This document shows, piece by piece, positions 9,561 to 19,727 of a stretch of DNA of 64,000 nucleotides. A program made the translations under genes and the position numbers. Position 1 is the first letter of the stretch. Each line of letters begins with the position of its first letter. This stretch comes from an uncultured Candidatus Poseidoniales archaeon. Its GTDB lineage: Archaea; Thermoplasmatota; Poseidoniia; Poseidoniales; Thalassarchaeaceae. The notes under the pieces were generated by a model, which was not told where the DNA came from, made no database searches, and saw only the letters and a program-made list of their open reading frames with translations. The stretch spans positions 38,650 to 102,649 of the forward strand of contig CAWVXH010000002.1 of NCBI GenBank assembly GCA_963934165.1, written 5' to 3'.

Positions 9561-12500
9561 TCAAGCAGTTACAAGGCCGCCATCGCGGCTCCAGTATCGT
9601 GTGCAATCGAAGGAAACTGCTCCATCTGCTGCAACACTGAAGGTTCCAACACAATATCCGTTTCCTGCAACATCTCCAACTGCGTCAAATGTGTGAAGAC
9701 CACTTGCACCAACGAAGTTGTTACCTACTGCTGGGATGATCGCACCTAGTGGAGTTCCCGGAGGGCTCGCTAGTTGGGTAAATACTGAATATCCCATAAT
9801 GAGCATTGCATCGAAAGCTTCTGCTGTGTAAATTCCACCTGCACAATCAGGTATTTCACCGCAAATTGCTGCGAAAGCCATCGAGCGCTCACTAGGAACT
9901 GCTGATGCTGGCTTGGTTGCTACAACTCCATCGACAATAGAAGTATCAGCCATACCTGCTGCTAATCCTTCTTCAGCGACACCATCTCCACCGAAAATTA
10001 ATCCGGTGAATCCTTGTGCCGAAAGTTCTTCGACAAGTGCTGCACCATCAGCTGCGTAAGAAACTAGCATTACACTGTCACAGTTAGCATCCATAACTTG
10101 CTGAACTTGTGCAGTGAAATCAGTTCTTGTATCTTCATAACCAATCCTTGCACAAAGCACCGTTCCATCTTCTGTCCATGCTGCATCGAATGAATCAGCT
10201 AAGCCAGATCCGTAATCGTTAGTCATGTACAATAGAGCAACACTGGTGCCGCCATCAGCAGCAACAACGTCTGCGAGAGCTGGTCCCTGAATCGCATCGC
10301 TTGGTACAACACGGAAGAAGAGCGGGTATGCGGACGCATCGCTCAATCCTGGGTTGGTACTAGCGTAGGAAATCATTGGGATACCCGCCGCCGAAAGAAT
10401 ACCATTAGCTGCCATTGTTGCACCAGAACATGCTGCTCCGACAACTCCGACAACTCCTGCATCAATCAATGTCTGTGCTCCTGTTGCCGCAACGTCACCG
10501 CTGCAACCAGAATCAACCATTACTAATTCAAACTGAAGTCCTGCACCCCATCCACCGATATTCATCATCTCGAGTGCAATATTAGCTGCAACACCGAATC
10601 CAGGTGCATAAACTGCAATTGGCCCAGTCATTGGATTCAAGAAACCAATCTTAACAGTCATTCCTGTGAATTCAGTTTCCTGCATTCCTCCATCCAATGT
10701 CCAGTAGTCATAGCAACCGAAGTAAACATCGACTGAGGATAGAGCATCAAAGGTACAGAACTCAAATCCTGAACCAGCGACATCTCCATTCGCATCGAAT
10801 GTGTGGGAGCCGCTTGCACCTTCGTATGTGCCGATCATTCCCATGTGTTCTACCATATTTGCTCCATCTTCCATCATAGCAGCCTTACCCATAATCATCA
10901 CTGAATCATATGTTTCTGCTGTGTAAACTCCACCAGCACATTCTGCATCTGCAGCACAGCGCTCATTGAAATCTCCGAAAGAGGATGCTGCGCGAGACTT
11001 AACCGCGATTAATCCGTCTAGGATATATGGCGCGGCAGATAATCCAATTACTTCTTCAGATGCTAGAGCTTCCATACCGATAACTGGAATACCTAAACCA
11101 GCGAATGCCATTTGTTCTAGAAGAGCTAATCCATCATCAGTATAGCTGACGAGAACCATCGAGTCACAACCAGCATCTGCAATAGCCTGAATTTCTGCAG
11201 AGAAGTCCGTTTGCATTTCATCGTATCCGATTTCAGTACAAACTGAACCACCAGCACCAGCCCAATATCCGCCAATAACAGCGCCCATTCCGGCACCGTA
11301 ATCATTGGTCATGTAAACTAGAGCAGGATTTGCAAATCCTTCTGACATCATCAAAGTAACCATTGCTGGACCCTGAATTGTCGCAGGAGGAACTACTCTG
11401 TAGAAGTCCGGCGCCATGCTTAGAGCAGGATCTCGGCTAGTGGGGGAAATCATTGGGATTCCCGCTGCCGAAAGAATTGCATTCGCTGCGTGTGAAGCTG
11501 CGGAACAAACTGCTCCGATAACTCCTACAACACCTGCATCTGCCAATGTTTGTGCTCCGGTAGCTGCTGTATCACCGTTGCAACCGGAATCTGCTTCAAT
11601 TATCTCGAAGTTTCCGCCCATTGCGTTCAGATCAGCCACAGCCATGGAGGCCGCTTGAACTGCAGGTCCAATCAATCCAGCAACAGGGCCGGTTCTAGGA
11701 ATTAACAATCCAAGTTTTGTAGGCGGGTATGTGCAACTACCATCATTGGATGTCGCATCGGCGTCGTAGTTGACTGCATCCGAATCCATGCACCCATATG
11801 CATCGTTGCTTGCAACGCCTGCATAGTGGAATGCTATCTCATCAGCGATTGCGTTGCCGATATCGACATCGAAACCTTCTGCATTACCATCAGCATCAAG
11901 ATTCTCAAATGGAGGGTATGAAGTATCTGAGCAGAATTTTAGATTACCTGATTCTAGAACTTGTGTTAGTCTGCTACCTTCTGTTGCCATAGGGTATACT
12001 GTTGCTGTGTCTACGGTGCGGTCATCGGTTAGGACAACTGCGCCATCGAACCATGCACTGAAAATTAAATCATATTCTCCAGAATCAATTAGTGCAGTAA
12101 TTGCTACATCCAATGCGCCAAGAAGTTCTGAATCGCCATCATCGACAGCAAGCCCGAATGTCTCATCTGAGAAAGTAACCATTAGATCACCAGATAGTGC
12201 CATTACAGGAGAGTCTCCTATAGCATAATCTGCATCACCGTTACTGATTGATGCCGTTACTGACGGGAAGTCAGCGTATGCAACAATTGTTGCGTCTGGT
12301 AAATTTGCATTAGTCCAGATATCTGAAGTTGTTCCAGATTGGACTGCTACTCTTGTACCAGCAGCATTTAGATCAAGAGCATCAGATATCATAGCAGAAC
12401 CTGAGGCACCGATTACACCCTGGCTACTTGTGTAGTAACCACGTGTGAAATCAACCACAAGTTCTCTTTCATCGGTCTTGGTCATAGCAGAAAGGATTGC

Positions 12501-12797
12501 GTCACACATCTCTCCGTCGTTCAAGTTGGGGATAATCGGATCCCAGTCTGAAGTCACGAAAACTGCGTTGACATCGTCAGCGGCAGTTAGTGACCATTCA
12601 GGTTCCGGTTCGTCGTGCGTACACGAACCATCATCGGATGTCGCATCGGCATTGTAGTTGTTCGCAGTAGCGTCCATACAGCCCAATACATCTTCCGGTT
12701 CAGGTTCAGGTTCGTCTTCCCCGCCTAAGCAACCAGCGAACGCAGCCGCTAGCATACTTAGGGTCATTATCATTGCAATTATTTTCTTATTTTCCAT
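9561..12797 (-). CDS. tri-domain lipoprotein substrate-binding protein (PBP2-like domain plus two tandem LivK-type domains)
   Basis: Start taken at MENKKII (12797), which has a signal peptide and an AGC lipobox-like site. The listed ORF begins 21 codons earlier. Residues about 90-350 resemble polar-amino-acid PBP2 binding proteins. After that come two repeated LivK-like modules (DSGCNGDTAATGAQTLADAGVVGVIGAVCS and DSGCSGDVAATGAQTLIDAGVVGVVGAACS). Each is preceded or followed by a short two-Cys motif. Confidence 0.85.
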   Translation of the reverse strand: MENKKIIAMIMTLSMLAAAFAGCLGGEDEPEPEPEDVLGCMDATANNYNADATSDDGSCTHDEPEPEWSLTAADDVNAVFVTSDWDPIIPNLNDGEMCDAILSAMTKTDERELVVDFTRGYYTSSQGVIGASGSAMISDALDLNAAGTRVAVQSGTTSDIWTNANLPDATIVAYADFPSVTASISNGDADYAIGDSPVMALSGDLMVTFSDETFGLAVDDGDSELLGALDVAITALIDSGEYDLIFSAWFDGAVVLTDDRTVDTATVYPMATEGSRLTQVLESGNLKFCSDTSYPPFENLDADGNAEGFDVDIGNAIADEIAFHYAGVASNDAYGCMDSDAVNYDADATSNDGSCTYPPTKLGLLIPRTGPVAGLIGPAVQAASMAVADLNAMGGNFEIIEADSGCNGDTAATGAQTLADAGVVGVIGAVCSAASHAANAILSAAGIPMISPTSRDPALSMAPDFYRVVPPATIQGPAMVTLMMSEGFANPALVYMTNDYGAGMGAVIGGYWAGAGGSVCTEIGYDEMQTDFSAEIQAIADAGCDSMVLVSYTDDGLALLEQMAFAGLGIPVIGMEALASEEVIGLSAAPYILDGLIAVKSRAASSFGDFNERCAADAECAGGVYTAETYDSVMIMGKAAMMEDGANMVEHMGMIGTYEGASGSHTFDANGDVAGSGFEFCTFDALSSVDVYFGCYDYWTLDGGMQETEFTGMTVKIGFLNPMTGPIAVYAPGFGVAANIALEMMNIGGWGAGLQFELVMVDSGCSGDVAATGAQTLIDAGVVGVVGAACSGATMAANGILSAAGIPMISYASTNPGLSDASAYPLFFRVVPSDAIQGPALADVVAADGGTSVALLYMTNDYGSGLADSFDAAWTEDGTVLCARIGYEDTRTDFTAQVQQVMDANCDSVMLVSYAADGAALVEELSAQGFTGLIFGGDGVAEEGLAAGMADTSIVDGVVATKPASAVPSERSMAFAAICGEIPDCAGGIYTAEAFDAMLIMGYSVFTQLASPPGTPLGAIIPAVGNNFVGASGLHTFDAVGDVAGNGYCVGTFSVAADGAVSFDCTRYWSRDGGLVTA

Positions 12798-12975
12798 TGA
12801 GTATTCACCCTTCAGTCTCCTACGCGAGAAAGTATTTCTATTATAGACATTATTACGCAATTGTCAAAAAGGTGCTTTCTTAGGGTGATTGATTAAGGAA
12901 ATATCTATGTTTTAGATAGAAAAAGAGTTTTTCGACCCATCAAAGAAAATATCAAACAGAATTGTTCATGCGCTA

Positions 12976-14124
12976 GTGCCACTTCACAAGGTCATGAAAG
13001 ACACGCCGCTCGACTATGCCTCATCGGGCGTGGACATCGATGCAGAAGGGGCGGCGGTTGCAAGTTTAATCGGAGCATTGAGCCCATCTACCCGTAAACC
13101 CGGTGAATATGGTGCCCCTGTCCCATTACCTGGAGGATTTGGAGGAATTATCGAATTTGGAGATTCCTGCCTCGCCCTTGCCGCCGATGGCGTCGGATCG
13201 AAATTGATGCTCGCTAATCAACTCGGACGGTACGAGGGTGTTGGTATCGATTGTGTCGCGATGAACGTTAACGACTTACTTTGTGTCGGCGCAGAACCAC
13301 TCGCCTTCGTGGATTATGTCGCCGTGGTCAAAACCGACCCTGAAACTCATGCAATTCTCGGCGCATCTCTCGCTGAAGCTTGCAGACGCGCTCGTATCAC
13401 TCTCGCTGGCGGTGAAACCGCGACACTGCCTGGAATCGTAACAGAACTTGACATGTCTGGAACTGCCTTAGGCTGGTTCCCTAAAGGTGAAGCAATCACT
13501 GGTGAAAACCTCGAAGCTGGAGACCTTCTGATCGGTTTACCGAGCAGTGGGATCCATTCTAACGGTTACACATTGGTAAGAGCAATTCTCGAAAGAACAG
13601 GCTCTTCTCTAACCGAAGCTGCCCCATTCGATTCTACACATGCACCTCGTGAAATCGAGAGGTTTGAAGGAAATAACAGCACCTCTCGAGTAAGTTTAGG
13701 TGAAGTTTTGCTGAATCCTACAAGAATTTATGTCGACCCATTAATCGATTTAATCAAACAGTGTAGAGATGGTAATGGACCTTGTGAAATCAGTGAAATA
13801 AAAGCGATGGCGCACATCACCGGAGGGGGACTTTCAAACCTTCTTCGCCTACACAAAAGTTTGGGTTGGCATATCGAAAGCCCACTTCCTATCCCACCTG
13901 AATTCACTTGGTTGGCTGAACAAGGTTCTGTCGAAATTCGTGAGATGCATCGTACCTTCAATATGGGCCTAGGAATGGTTCTCGTAGTCTCCCAAAGTGC
14001 CGCTCAATCTGTCCAATCATGGATATCTGAGCGGCTGCCTGGTAGTCAGATAATCGGTGTCGTTAACGATGATGGAAACCGTGTGACTCACTTTAATTCA
14101 GAAGTGACTTTCGAACATTATTGA
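12976..14124 (+). CDS. purM: phosphoribosylformylglycinamidine cyclo-ligase (AIR synthase)
   Basis: YASSGVDIDAEG, GGFGG, DGVGSKL, GIDCVAMNVNDLLCVGAEPLAFVDY and LAGGETA are all canonical PurM blocks. Confidence 0.9.
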   Translation: MPLHKVMKDTPLDYASSGVDIDAEGAAVASLIGALSPSTRKPGEYGAPVPLPGGFGGIIEFGDSCLALAADGVGSKLMLANQLGRYEGVGIDCVAMNVNDLLCVGAEPLAFVDYVAVVKTDPETHAILGASLAEACRRARITLAGGETATLPGIVTELDMSGTALGWFPKGEAITGENLEAGDLLIGLPSSGIHSNGYTLVRAILERTGSSLTEAAPFDSTHAPREIERFEGNNSTSRVSLGEVLLNPTRIYVDPLIDLIKQCRDGNGPCEISEIKAMAHITGGGLSNLLRLHKSLGWHIESPLPIPPEFTWLAEQGSVEIREMHRTFNMGLGMVLVVSQSAAQSVQSWISERLPGSQIIGVVNDDGNRVTHFNSEVTFEHY

Positions 14125-14173
14125 GTCGGGCTTAGGTAGTCAATACCTTGTGTGATGGGCTTGTCGGAAGCCT

Positions 14174-15496
14174 ATGGAGAAACTCGCTGGTTGGCCAGGT
14201 GAGCTTCATCGAGAGGGACGGACATTATTCCGAATTTCGGATGGAGCTTCTCAGAAAGGAGTTGGTCCAGCAACAAAGGATTCGACTGTTGTCTTCTACA
14301 ATCCGGCGATGGCGGGTTCACGAACCCGCAGTGTGATTTTGATGCAAACAATCATCGAGTCAGGATATCTTGGTGAGAAGGAAATTTACGCAATTGATGG
14401 ATTGTCTGCTAGCGGATTACGGGCACGACGCTGGTTGAACGAATTGCCGGAAAAAATTGCAGCTCGGCTCGATGTTACAATTTGCGATATGGATGAAAAA
14501 TCACTCAATTGGGCAATGGCGACACATGAGGAATTTCCTCCAAACAAATTTGGAATTTTGAGGAAGAGAGTAGGTGATTTGCGCACAGCGGTACTCGATC
14601 ATGGTCGACATTGGGTCGATATCGACCCATTCGGCACACCGATGCCATTTCTCGATACCGCGATCCAATCATTAGCTCGCAGAGCGGTTATCGAAGTTAG
14701 TGCAACAGATTCGGCGGCATTGACTGGCTCATCAAAATCTGCACTACTCCGCCGCTATGGCGCTCGTGTTTTGACAGATGGGTTGTGCCATGATTCTGGA
14801 ATGCGGGTGATGCTTGCCAATATCGCTCGAATCGCAGCCAGCCACGACCGCTTTATTGAGCCGATTCTATCAATTTGGGATTCGCATCACCTTAGAGTTT
14901 CTGTTAAGGTTACGAAATCAATAGAAGGTGCAAATCGATTCGAAGAAAATATCGGTTGGAGAATCGCAAAACCTGTTGAATCAGAAGTATTGGTTTCAAT
15001 CAAAAATAATCTACATCCAAAATCGAATCTTGACATCTTACCAATGCATTGTTTCGTCCCATTGAGTCAACCTGTGGATAGTGGAGACAAGCGGATTTCT
15101 GGACCGATGTGGATTGGTCCAACCGGAGTGAGAGAAGTAATGGAGAATATTACTGAACAAGCAACATTTTCACTATCTTCTCCAATATTTCGAATAGATG
15201 ACCCCCTGGGGTGGAGTGAAAAAGAAATTGAACTAGAACAGCGAAAAATTTCAAGGAATGTGCGTTACATTTCAAGCGAAGCCACTGCGATTCATTCCCC
15301 GCATTTTATCCTCACCGATGATTTGGCAAGTTGGTTGAAAATCGGCTCACCTCCCAGTCCAAATATTATGGTAGAATTACTTGAAGAAAGGGGGCACTGT
15401 GCAGCTAGAGCTCATTATGCAAAACCTGCATTTCGAACCGATGCACCGTGGCATATTATTGTTGAAGTTGCAAATTCAATTCAGTCAGAAAGTTGA
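14174..15496 (+). CDS. trm1: tRNA (guanine26-N2)-dimethyltransferase Trm1
   Basis: VFYNPAMAGSRT, VDIDPFGTPMPFLDTAIQSLARR, VSATDSAALTG and CHDSGMRVMLANIARIAA line up with archaeal Trm1 (Pyrococcus-type VFYNPRM ... IDLDPFGSPMEFLDTA ... TATD ... CHEVGTRIL). Confidence 0.85.
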   Translation: MEKLAGWPGELHREGRTLFRISDGASQKGVGPATKDSTVVFYNPAMAGSRTRSVILMQTIIESGYLGEKEIYAIDGLSASGLRARRWLNELPEKIAARLDVTICDMDEKSLNWAMATHEEFPPNKFGILRKRVGDLRTAVLDHGRHWVDIDPFGTPMPFLDTAIQSLARRAVIEVSATDSAALTGSSKSALLRRYGARVLTDGLCHDSGMRVMLANIARIAASHDRFIEPILSIWDSHHLRVSVKVTKSIEGANRFEENIGWRIAKPVESEVLVSIKNNLHPKSNLDILPMHCFVPLSQPVDSGDKRISGPMWIGPTGVREVMENITEQATFSLSSPIFRIDDPLGWSEKEIELEQRKISRNVRYISSEATAIHSPHFILTDDLASWLKIGSPPSPNIMVELLEERGHCAARAHYAKPAFRTDAPWHIIVEVANSIQSES

Positions 15497-15529
15497 CTTA
15501 TTCGAAAAATTCCGAAGCGAATTTTCGAC

Positions 15530-16537
15530 TCATCCCCCGATATATGACATTTCGATTCGAGGTAATGACCTGGTTTCACTGGAGCGATTTTCGCTATAGC
15601 GGTCGTCACGACGCTGCCAAATCGCAGCAATGGCTTCATTCAATTCATCCTCACTAGTCTCACTCTGAATCAGAGCGCGAATATCATGCCCACCAGTAGC
15701 GAACAGGCAAGTTACCAATAGCCCGTCTGCAGACAAACGGATGCGAGAACAATTTTCACAGAAGGGTTCGGATACAGATGAAATAAATCCAATTTCTCCC
15801 GAACCATCAGAATGAACCCAACGAACTGCGACTTCGCTTGGATTCTCTGATTCAAGTGGAACTAAATCAAATATTGTTTTGAGATGAGAAAGAATCTTTT
15901 CTGAGGGGACAATCTGCCCTAATTGCCAACCATTTGTTCGTCCAACATCCATATATTCGATAAAACGAACAACAACACCTGTTCCACGAAAATGTGTGAT
16001 GAGTTTTTCGATTTCAGATTCGTTAACACCACGCTGGACAACACAATTGACTTTCACAGGAGACAAACCTGCCTCCCGTGCGGCATCTATTCCATCCAAT
16101 ACATCCTCAACCGGAATCGCACTATCTGTCATTACAGAATGAATATTGGGGTCTAAGGCATCCAAACTTACAGTCACACGAGACAAACCGGCTTCGCGTA
16201 AATTTTCAGCCTGATCTCGCAAAAGAGACCCGTTCGTTGTCAAAGCAACCTCAAGGCCGAGGGAAGATATTCGTCGGACCAAATCGGCTAAACCTGGCCG
16301 TAATAGTGGTTCGCCACCAGTAATTCGGACTTTTTCCAAACCAAGGGGAAGACAAGAGCGAACCACTTTTTCGATTTCTTCAAAGGATAATAGGGCACGG
16401 CGTGGAAGAAAAGTATGGCTTTCACCAAACCTTTCTCTAGGCATGCAATAACGGCAGCGAAAATTACATCTATCCGTAACCGAAATACGCAAATCTTTCA
16501 ATTGCCGGTCAAATACATCGAGCACGGTTGGCTGCAC
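15530..16537 (-). CDS. moaA: GTP 3',8-cyclase MoaA (radical SAM)
   Basis: CNFRCRYCMP radical-SAM cysteine triad. C-terminal second cluster FCENCSRIRLSADG. GG...L...TNG blocks are present. Confidence 0.9.
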   Translation of the reverse strand: MQPTVLDVFDRQLKDLRISVTDRCNFRCRYCMPRERFGESHTFLPRRALLSFEEIEKVVRSCLPLGLEKVRITGGEPLLRPGLADLVRRISSLGLEVALTTNGSLLRDQAENLREAGLSRVTVSLDALDPNIHSVMTDSAIPVEDVLDGIDAAREAGLSPVKVNCVVQRGVNESEIEKLITHFRGTGVVVRFIEYMDVGRTNGWQLGQIVPSEKILSHLKTIFDLVPLESENPSEVAVRWVHSDGSGEIGFISSVSEPFCENCSRIRLSADGLLVTCLFATGGHDIRALIQSETSEDELNEAIAAIWQRRDDRYSENRSSETRSLPRIEMSYIGG

Positions 16538-16587
16538 AACCTTGCCAACCGAATCAAGGCAATTAGTGTTACTCGATAAAAGACAGG

Positions 16588-17187
16588 TTGAAAAACGGCA
16601 GACTTCAGGGGAGGATGAGAATTATGTTGACTATCACCGACAAGGCTCGTGAGATGCTCGAACAATTCATTTCTCAAGCAGATGGTGGAAAAGACCTTGC
16701 TGTTCGAATTGAAATTATTGGCCGAGGTCCGAAAGGCTTCCAATATGATTTGCAATTGATTGAAAATAAAGATTTGAAGGATGACGATATACTGACAAAT
16801 TCAAGTGGTTTTGATGTGATAATCGCGCAAAGAAGCGTTCAATACATAGATGGAACAACTCTAGATTTCAAGGAGACACTGATGGGGGGTGGTTTCTCTT
16901 TCGAGAATCCCAATCCCCTCTGGATTGACGAATTATCCCAATCCGTAGCTGAAATTATTGAAGAGAAAGTGAATCCCGCTGTGGCTTCACACGGCGGACA
17001 TGTTGATTTTATCGGCATCAATGAGGGTAAGGCATTGATCGCCTTCGGTGGTGGATGCCAAGGCTGTGGTATGGCCGATGTGACTCTGAAACAAGGAGTT
17101 GAAGTAATGATAATCGAGAATGTACCTGGTATTACTGAAGTCGTCGATACAACCGATCACGCGGCTGGAACAAATCCATTCTACTAA
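16588..17187 (+). CDS. NfuA-like Fe-S cluster assembly protein (degenerate A-type domain plus Nfu domain)
   Basis: C-terminal Nfu motif GGGCQGCGMADVTLKQG. The N-terminal IscA-like domain lacks the cysteines. The true start may be the internal Met at 16624 (MLTITDK). Confidence 0.7.
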   Translation: MKNGRLQGRMRIMLTITDKAREMLEQFISQADGGKDLAVRIEIIGRGPKGFQYDLQLIENKDLKDDDILTNSSGFDVIIAQRSVQYIDGTTLDFKETLMGGGFSFENPNPLWIDELSQSVAEIIEEKVNPAVASHGGHVDFIGINEGKALIAFGGGCQGCGMADVTLKQGVEVMIIENVPGITEVVDTTDHAAGTNPFY

Positions 17188-17958
17188 TCAGTAGACCATG
17201 TGGACTTCATCATCATCATCATCATCGCGTGGTGCTGGAAGGGCTGTTGATTGCGCGCGCTCGAAAGCTTCTCTGACGCGCGCTTCAATATTTCTTGCAT
17301 CGTCGAGTAATCCTTGAACAGGAATTTCCTTATCTAGAAGTTCAGATATCCCCTCGATAGCGATTAACGCAGCACGAGCGTCAGGATACATCGGATTGCA
17401 TTCGGCAAGCAGAGCAGTCACATCGAGACCTCTTCGCTCACCTTCAGCGATGAGATATCCCGAAATTCCTGAAACGATGCCGTGTTGAATTCGTTGAATT
17501 CCGGCATCATCAAGGTGATTTCTGCCTATTTGTGAAGAAGAAACTCCCCATAATTCACTATCTTCTTTAATTCCAAGTTCATTACTAACAACACCATCAA
17601 TGACAATTAGTCGATCGAAACCTCCCTTGGTGAACCATTCTAGGACGGTTTCGCCGAAATATATATCATTTTCAGACGGAAATTGTATTTCCGAAGTAAA
17701 AACTCCTATTTCTTCGCCTTGGTAGACACGAACAGGATGCTTTGGAATCGAATCGTGGATTAAGGCAATGGCAGGAAATTGAGGATGTAAAACAGTCCCC
17801 ATCACATCTAAATTCAACGAACTGATAAGATGTGATGTTGTGATCACACCAACTGAACCTACGGTGGAAAATCCACAAATAGCGGTTCCACCGAGGCGAT
17901 TCGGGTCTGCTTCAGCATGCAGAACCAATGGATAGGCCCCGTTGTGGTCTGCTCCCAT
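17188..17958 (-). CDS. PAC2-family protein (archaeal proteasome assembly chaperone, COG1938)
   Basis: ICGFSTVGSVGV N-terminal glycine-rich block. The YPDARAALIAIEGISELL block is typical of PAC2. It has an acidic DDDDDDE tail. Confidence 0.6.
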   Translation of the reverse strand: MGADHNGAYPLVLHAEADPNRLGGTAICGFSTVGSVGVITTSHLISSLNLDVMGTVLHPQFPAIALIHDSIPKHPVRVYQGEEIGVFTSEIQFPSENDIYFGETVLEWFTKGGFDRLIVIDGVVSNELGIKEDSELWGVSSSQIGRNHLDDAGIQRIQHGIVSGISGYLIAEGERRGLDVTALLAECNPMYPDARAALIAIEGISELLDKEIPVQGLLDDARNIEARVREAFERAQSTALPAPRDDDDDDEVHMVY

Positions 17959-18071
17959 ATCAACCGCCTCTGTGTATAGATTTCTTGAATGCGACGGTTG
18001 AAAGTAACCTGCCCAATTTGTTAAAGAACGAGACGATAAATTTACAAAAGCCGACTATTCAGTATTAATTC

Positions 18072-18623
18072 ATGAGCGAGGGCGGTCGATCGGACGTAGG
18101 AAGAATCTACATTAGAGTGGGGAGTCAAGAAATAGATCTTTCCGGGTCAGCGAAAGAAATGGATGATGCTTGGCTAAAAATCAAAGAAGAGGGTTCGTGG
18201 ACTGCAAATTTATCTGTTATTCGAAAAGCTAGAGAAGAGGCTGTCGAAGCTGCTGCACAGCGAGCTATTCAAAGCGGAATCCCAGAGCGTGGCTCTGCGT
18301 TTCGTCGACTTTTGGATTCGTGTAATATCGAAAAAACAGGAGATGTTATTTTGGCGGCAATTCACTATCTACGATTTGTCGAAAAAGAGACTAATACACC
18401 TCCTCGTGAATTGAAAAATTTGATATCTTTAGCAGGAAAATGGACTGAGGGGGAAGTAGAAAAATGGAATTTTTCACTCTATATCAATCGTATGTTAGAG
18501 GGTGGAATCAGAGGAAATAAGCAAGAACCATTACTCCAATACCCAACAGGGATGCCAAAGAAAAACCGCTATGTTGTACTTACTGACGCCGGCCGAAATC
18601 ATATGGAAAGGGTCTCTTCTTGA
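18072..18623 (+). CDS. hypothetical protein
   Basis: 183-aa ORF with no recognisable motif. It overlaps the next gene by 4 nt. Confidence 0.4.
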   Translation: MSEGGRSDVGRIYIRVGSQEIDLSGSAKEMDDAWLKIKEEGSWTANLSVIRKAREEAVEAAAQRAIQSGIPERGSAFRRLLDSCNIEKTGDVILAAIHYLRFVEKETNTPPRELKNLISLAGKWTEGEVEKWNFSLYINRMLEGGIRGNKQEPLLQYPTGMPKKNRYVVLTDAGRNHMERVSS

Positions 18624-19027
18624 GTGAAGAAGACACGCCAGAGAAGCCTGAGCACAAAGATTGGTCGTTTACGTCTCATATCGGCGAAGATTTGCGTGAT
18701 GTGAATCTCTCAGGAGCTGATTTGCGCAGAGCTGTTTTCGATGAAGCTGATTTAGAAGGTGCAAATCTCTCTGGCGCAGATCTGAGAAATGCCTCATTTT
18801 TACGAGCGAATTTGATGAAATGCGCATTTGATGGGGCTGATATGCGAGGAGCGAGATTCCTGAAGGCGAGAATGAACATGTCTAATTTTCAAAATACTAA
18901 GCTCGAAAATGCAGATTTACGGGGCATTCGGGGCCGATACGCAATATGGCGTGATGCAAATTGGTGGGATGCAAGAATGGATGACGAACTCGCAAAAGTT
19001 TTAGCAAAAAAATGGCCAAAACCCTAG
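18620..19027 (+). CDS. pentapeptide-repeat protein
   Basis: Tandem A(D/N)LxxA(D/N)L pentapeptide repeats, for example NLSGADLRRAVFDEADLEGANLSGADLRNASF. Confidence 0.8.
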   Translation: MSEEDTPEKPEHKDWSFTSHIGEDLRDVNLSGADLRRAVFDEADLEGANLSGADLRNASFLRANLMKCAFDGADMRGARFLKARMNMSNFQNTKLENADLRGIRGRYAIWRDANWWDARMDDELAKVLAKKWPKP

Positions 19028-19440
19028 TTAGATTGCATCTTTTCCAATCCTTCACGCATCCATCCCGGGACGGGTATTTTCTTGTTCACCTGCCTCATAT
19101 CAGTACACACCGTAACTTGATCTGCTGTCCAGCATAGAATACCATCTTGATTACGGAATTCGTAGTGCCAAGTGACGGATGTGGTTCCTATTTTTGCAAC
19201 TTTGATAGAGCAATGAACTGTGTCGCCATAGGCTAGAGGGTGTAGGAACTGGGCTTCGCTGTGGACAAGAGGAAATGCGATTTGGTGTTCACTCAGAATC
19301 TCATTGTAATGCATGCCACAGGAGAACTCCCAGGATTCTTCGTAGAATCGGTGCGCTAGATCCCAAAATTTTGGATAGTAGACAATCTTTGCCAAATCGA
19401 CCATCGGGAAGTCGATACGTCGGCTTGATACGAACGTCAT
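19024..19440 (-). CDS. hotdog-fold acyl-CoA thioesterase (YbgC/4HBT-like)
   Basis: Start moved to MTFVSSRRIDFPMVD (19440) because the longer listed ORF runs into a tRNA gene. The protein carries a 4HBT-like core with a DxxxHVNN-type N-terminal region. Confidence 0.65.
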   Translation of the reverse strand: MTFVSSRRIDFPMVDLAKIVYYPKFWDLAHRFYEESWEFSCGMHYNEILSEHQIAFPLVHSEAQFLHPLAYGDTVHCSIKVAKIGTTSVTWHYEFRNQDGILCWTADQVTVCTDMRQVNKKIPVPGWMREGLEKMQSN

Positions 19441-19507
19441 GATATTGCGTCTATGTGATTCCGCTTGAACACTATGTTGACGCACCCAAGGGTTTCTGAC
19501 GAGTAAA

Positions 19508-19584
19508 TGGCGAATCTGCCGCGATTCGAACACGGGTTTCCAGCTCCGGAGGCTAGAGTGATATCCAGGCTACACTACAGATTC
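19508..19584 (-). tRNA. tRNA-Arg (anticodon CCG)
   Basis: Reverse complement folds as a cloverleaf. Acceptor stem is GAATCTG/CAGATTC. The T-arm is CCGTG-TTCGAAT-CGCGG. The anticodon arm is CTAGC-CTCCGGA-GCTGG, giving anticodon CCG. CCA is encoded. Confidence 0.85.
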
Positions 19585-19727
19585 AGTAATATCGCGACAA
19601 GTAGGTCCTAAATGAATCGGTCGAAAGACTAGCATCTACTTTCAATCATCTAATGGCAGCTCTCAGCACAATCATAGATTGTGCCCAGATTCACCATCTA
19701 GTCTTGCTTTCACTAAGACCACCTAGA

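Noticed and set aside
19441-19533. 5' extension of the thioesterase ORF, and the 64-aa plus-strand ORF at 19727-19921
   Set aside because: Both overlap the tRNA-Arg genes. The thioesterase family alignment begins at the internal Met.
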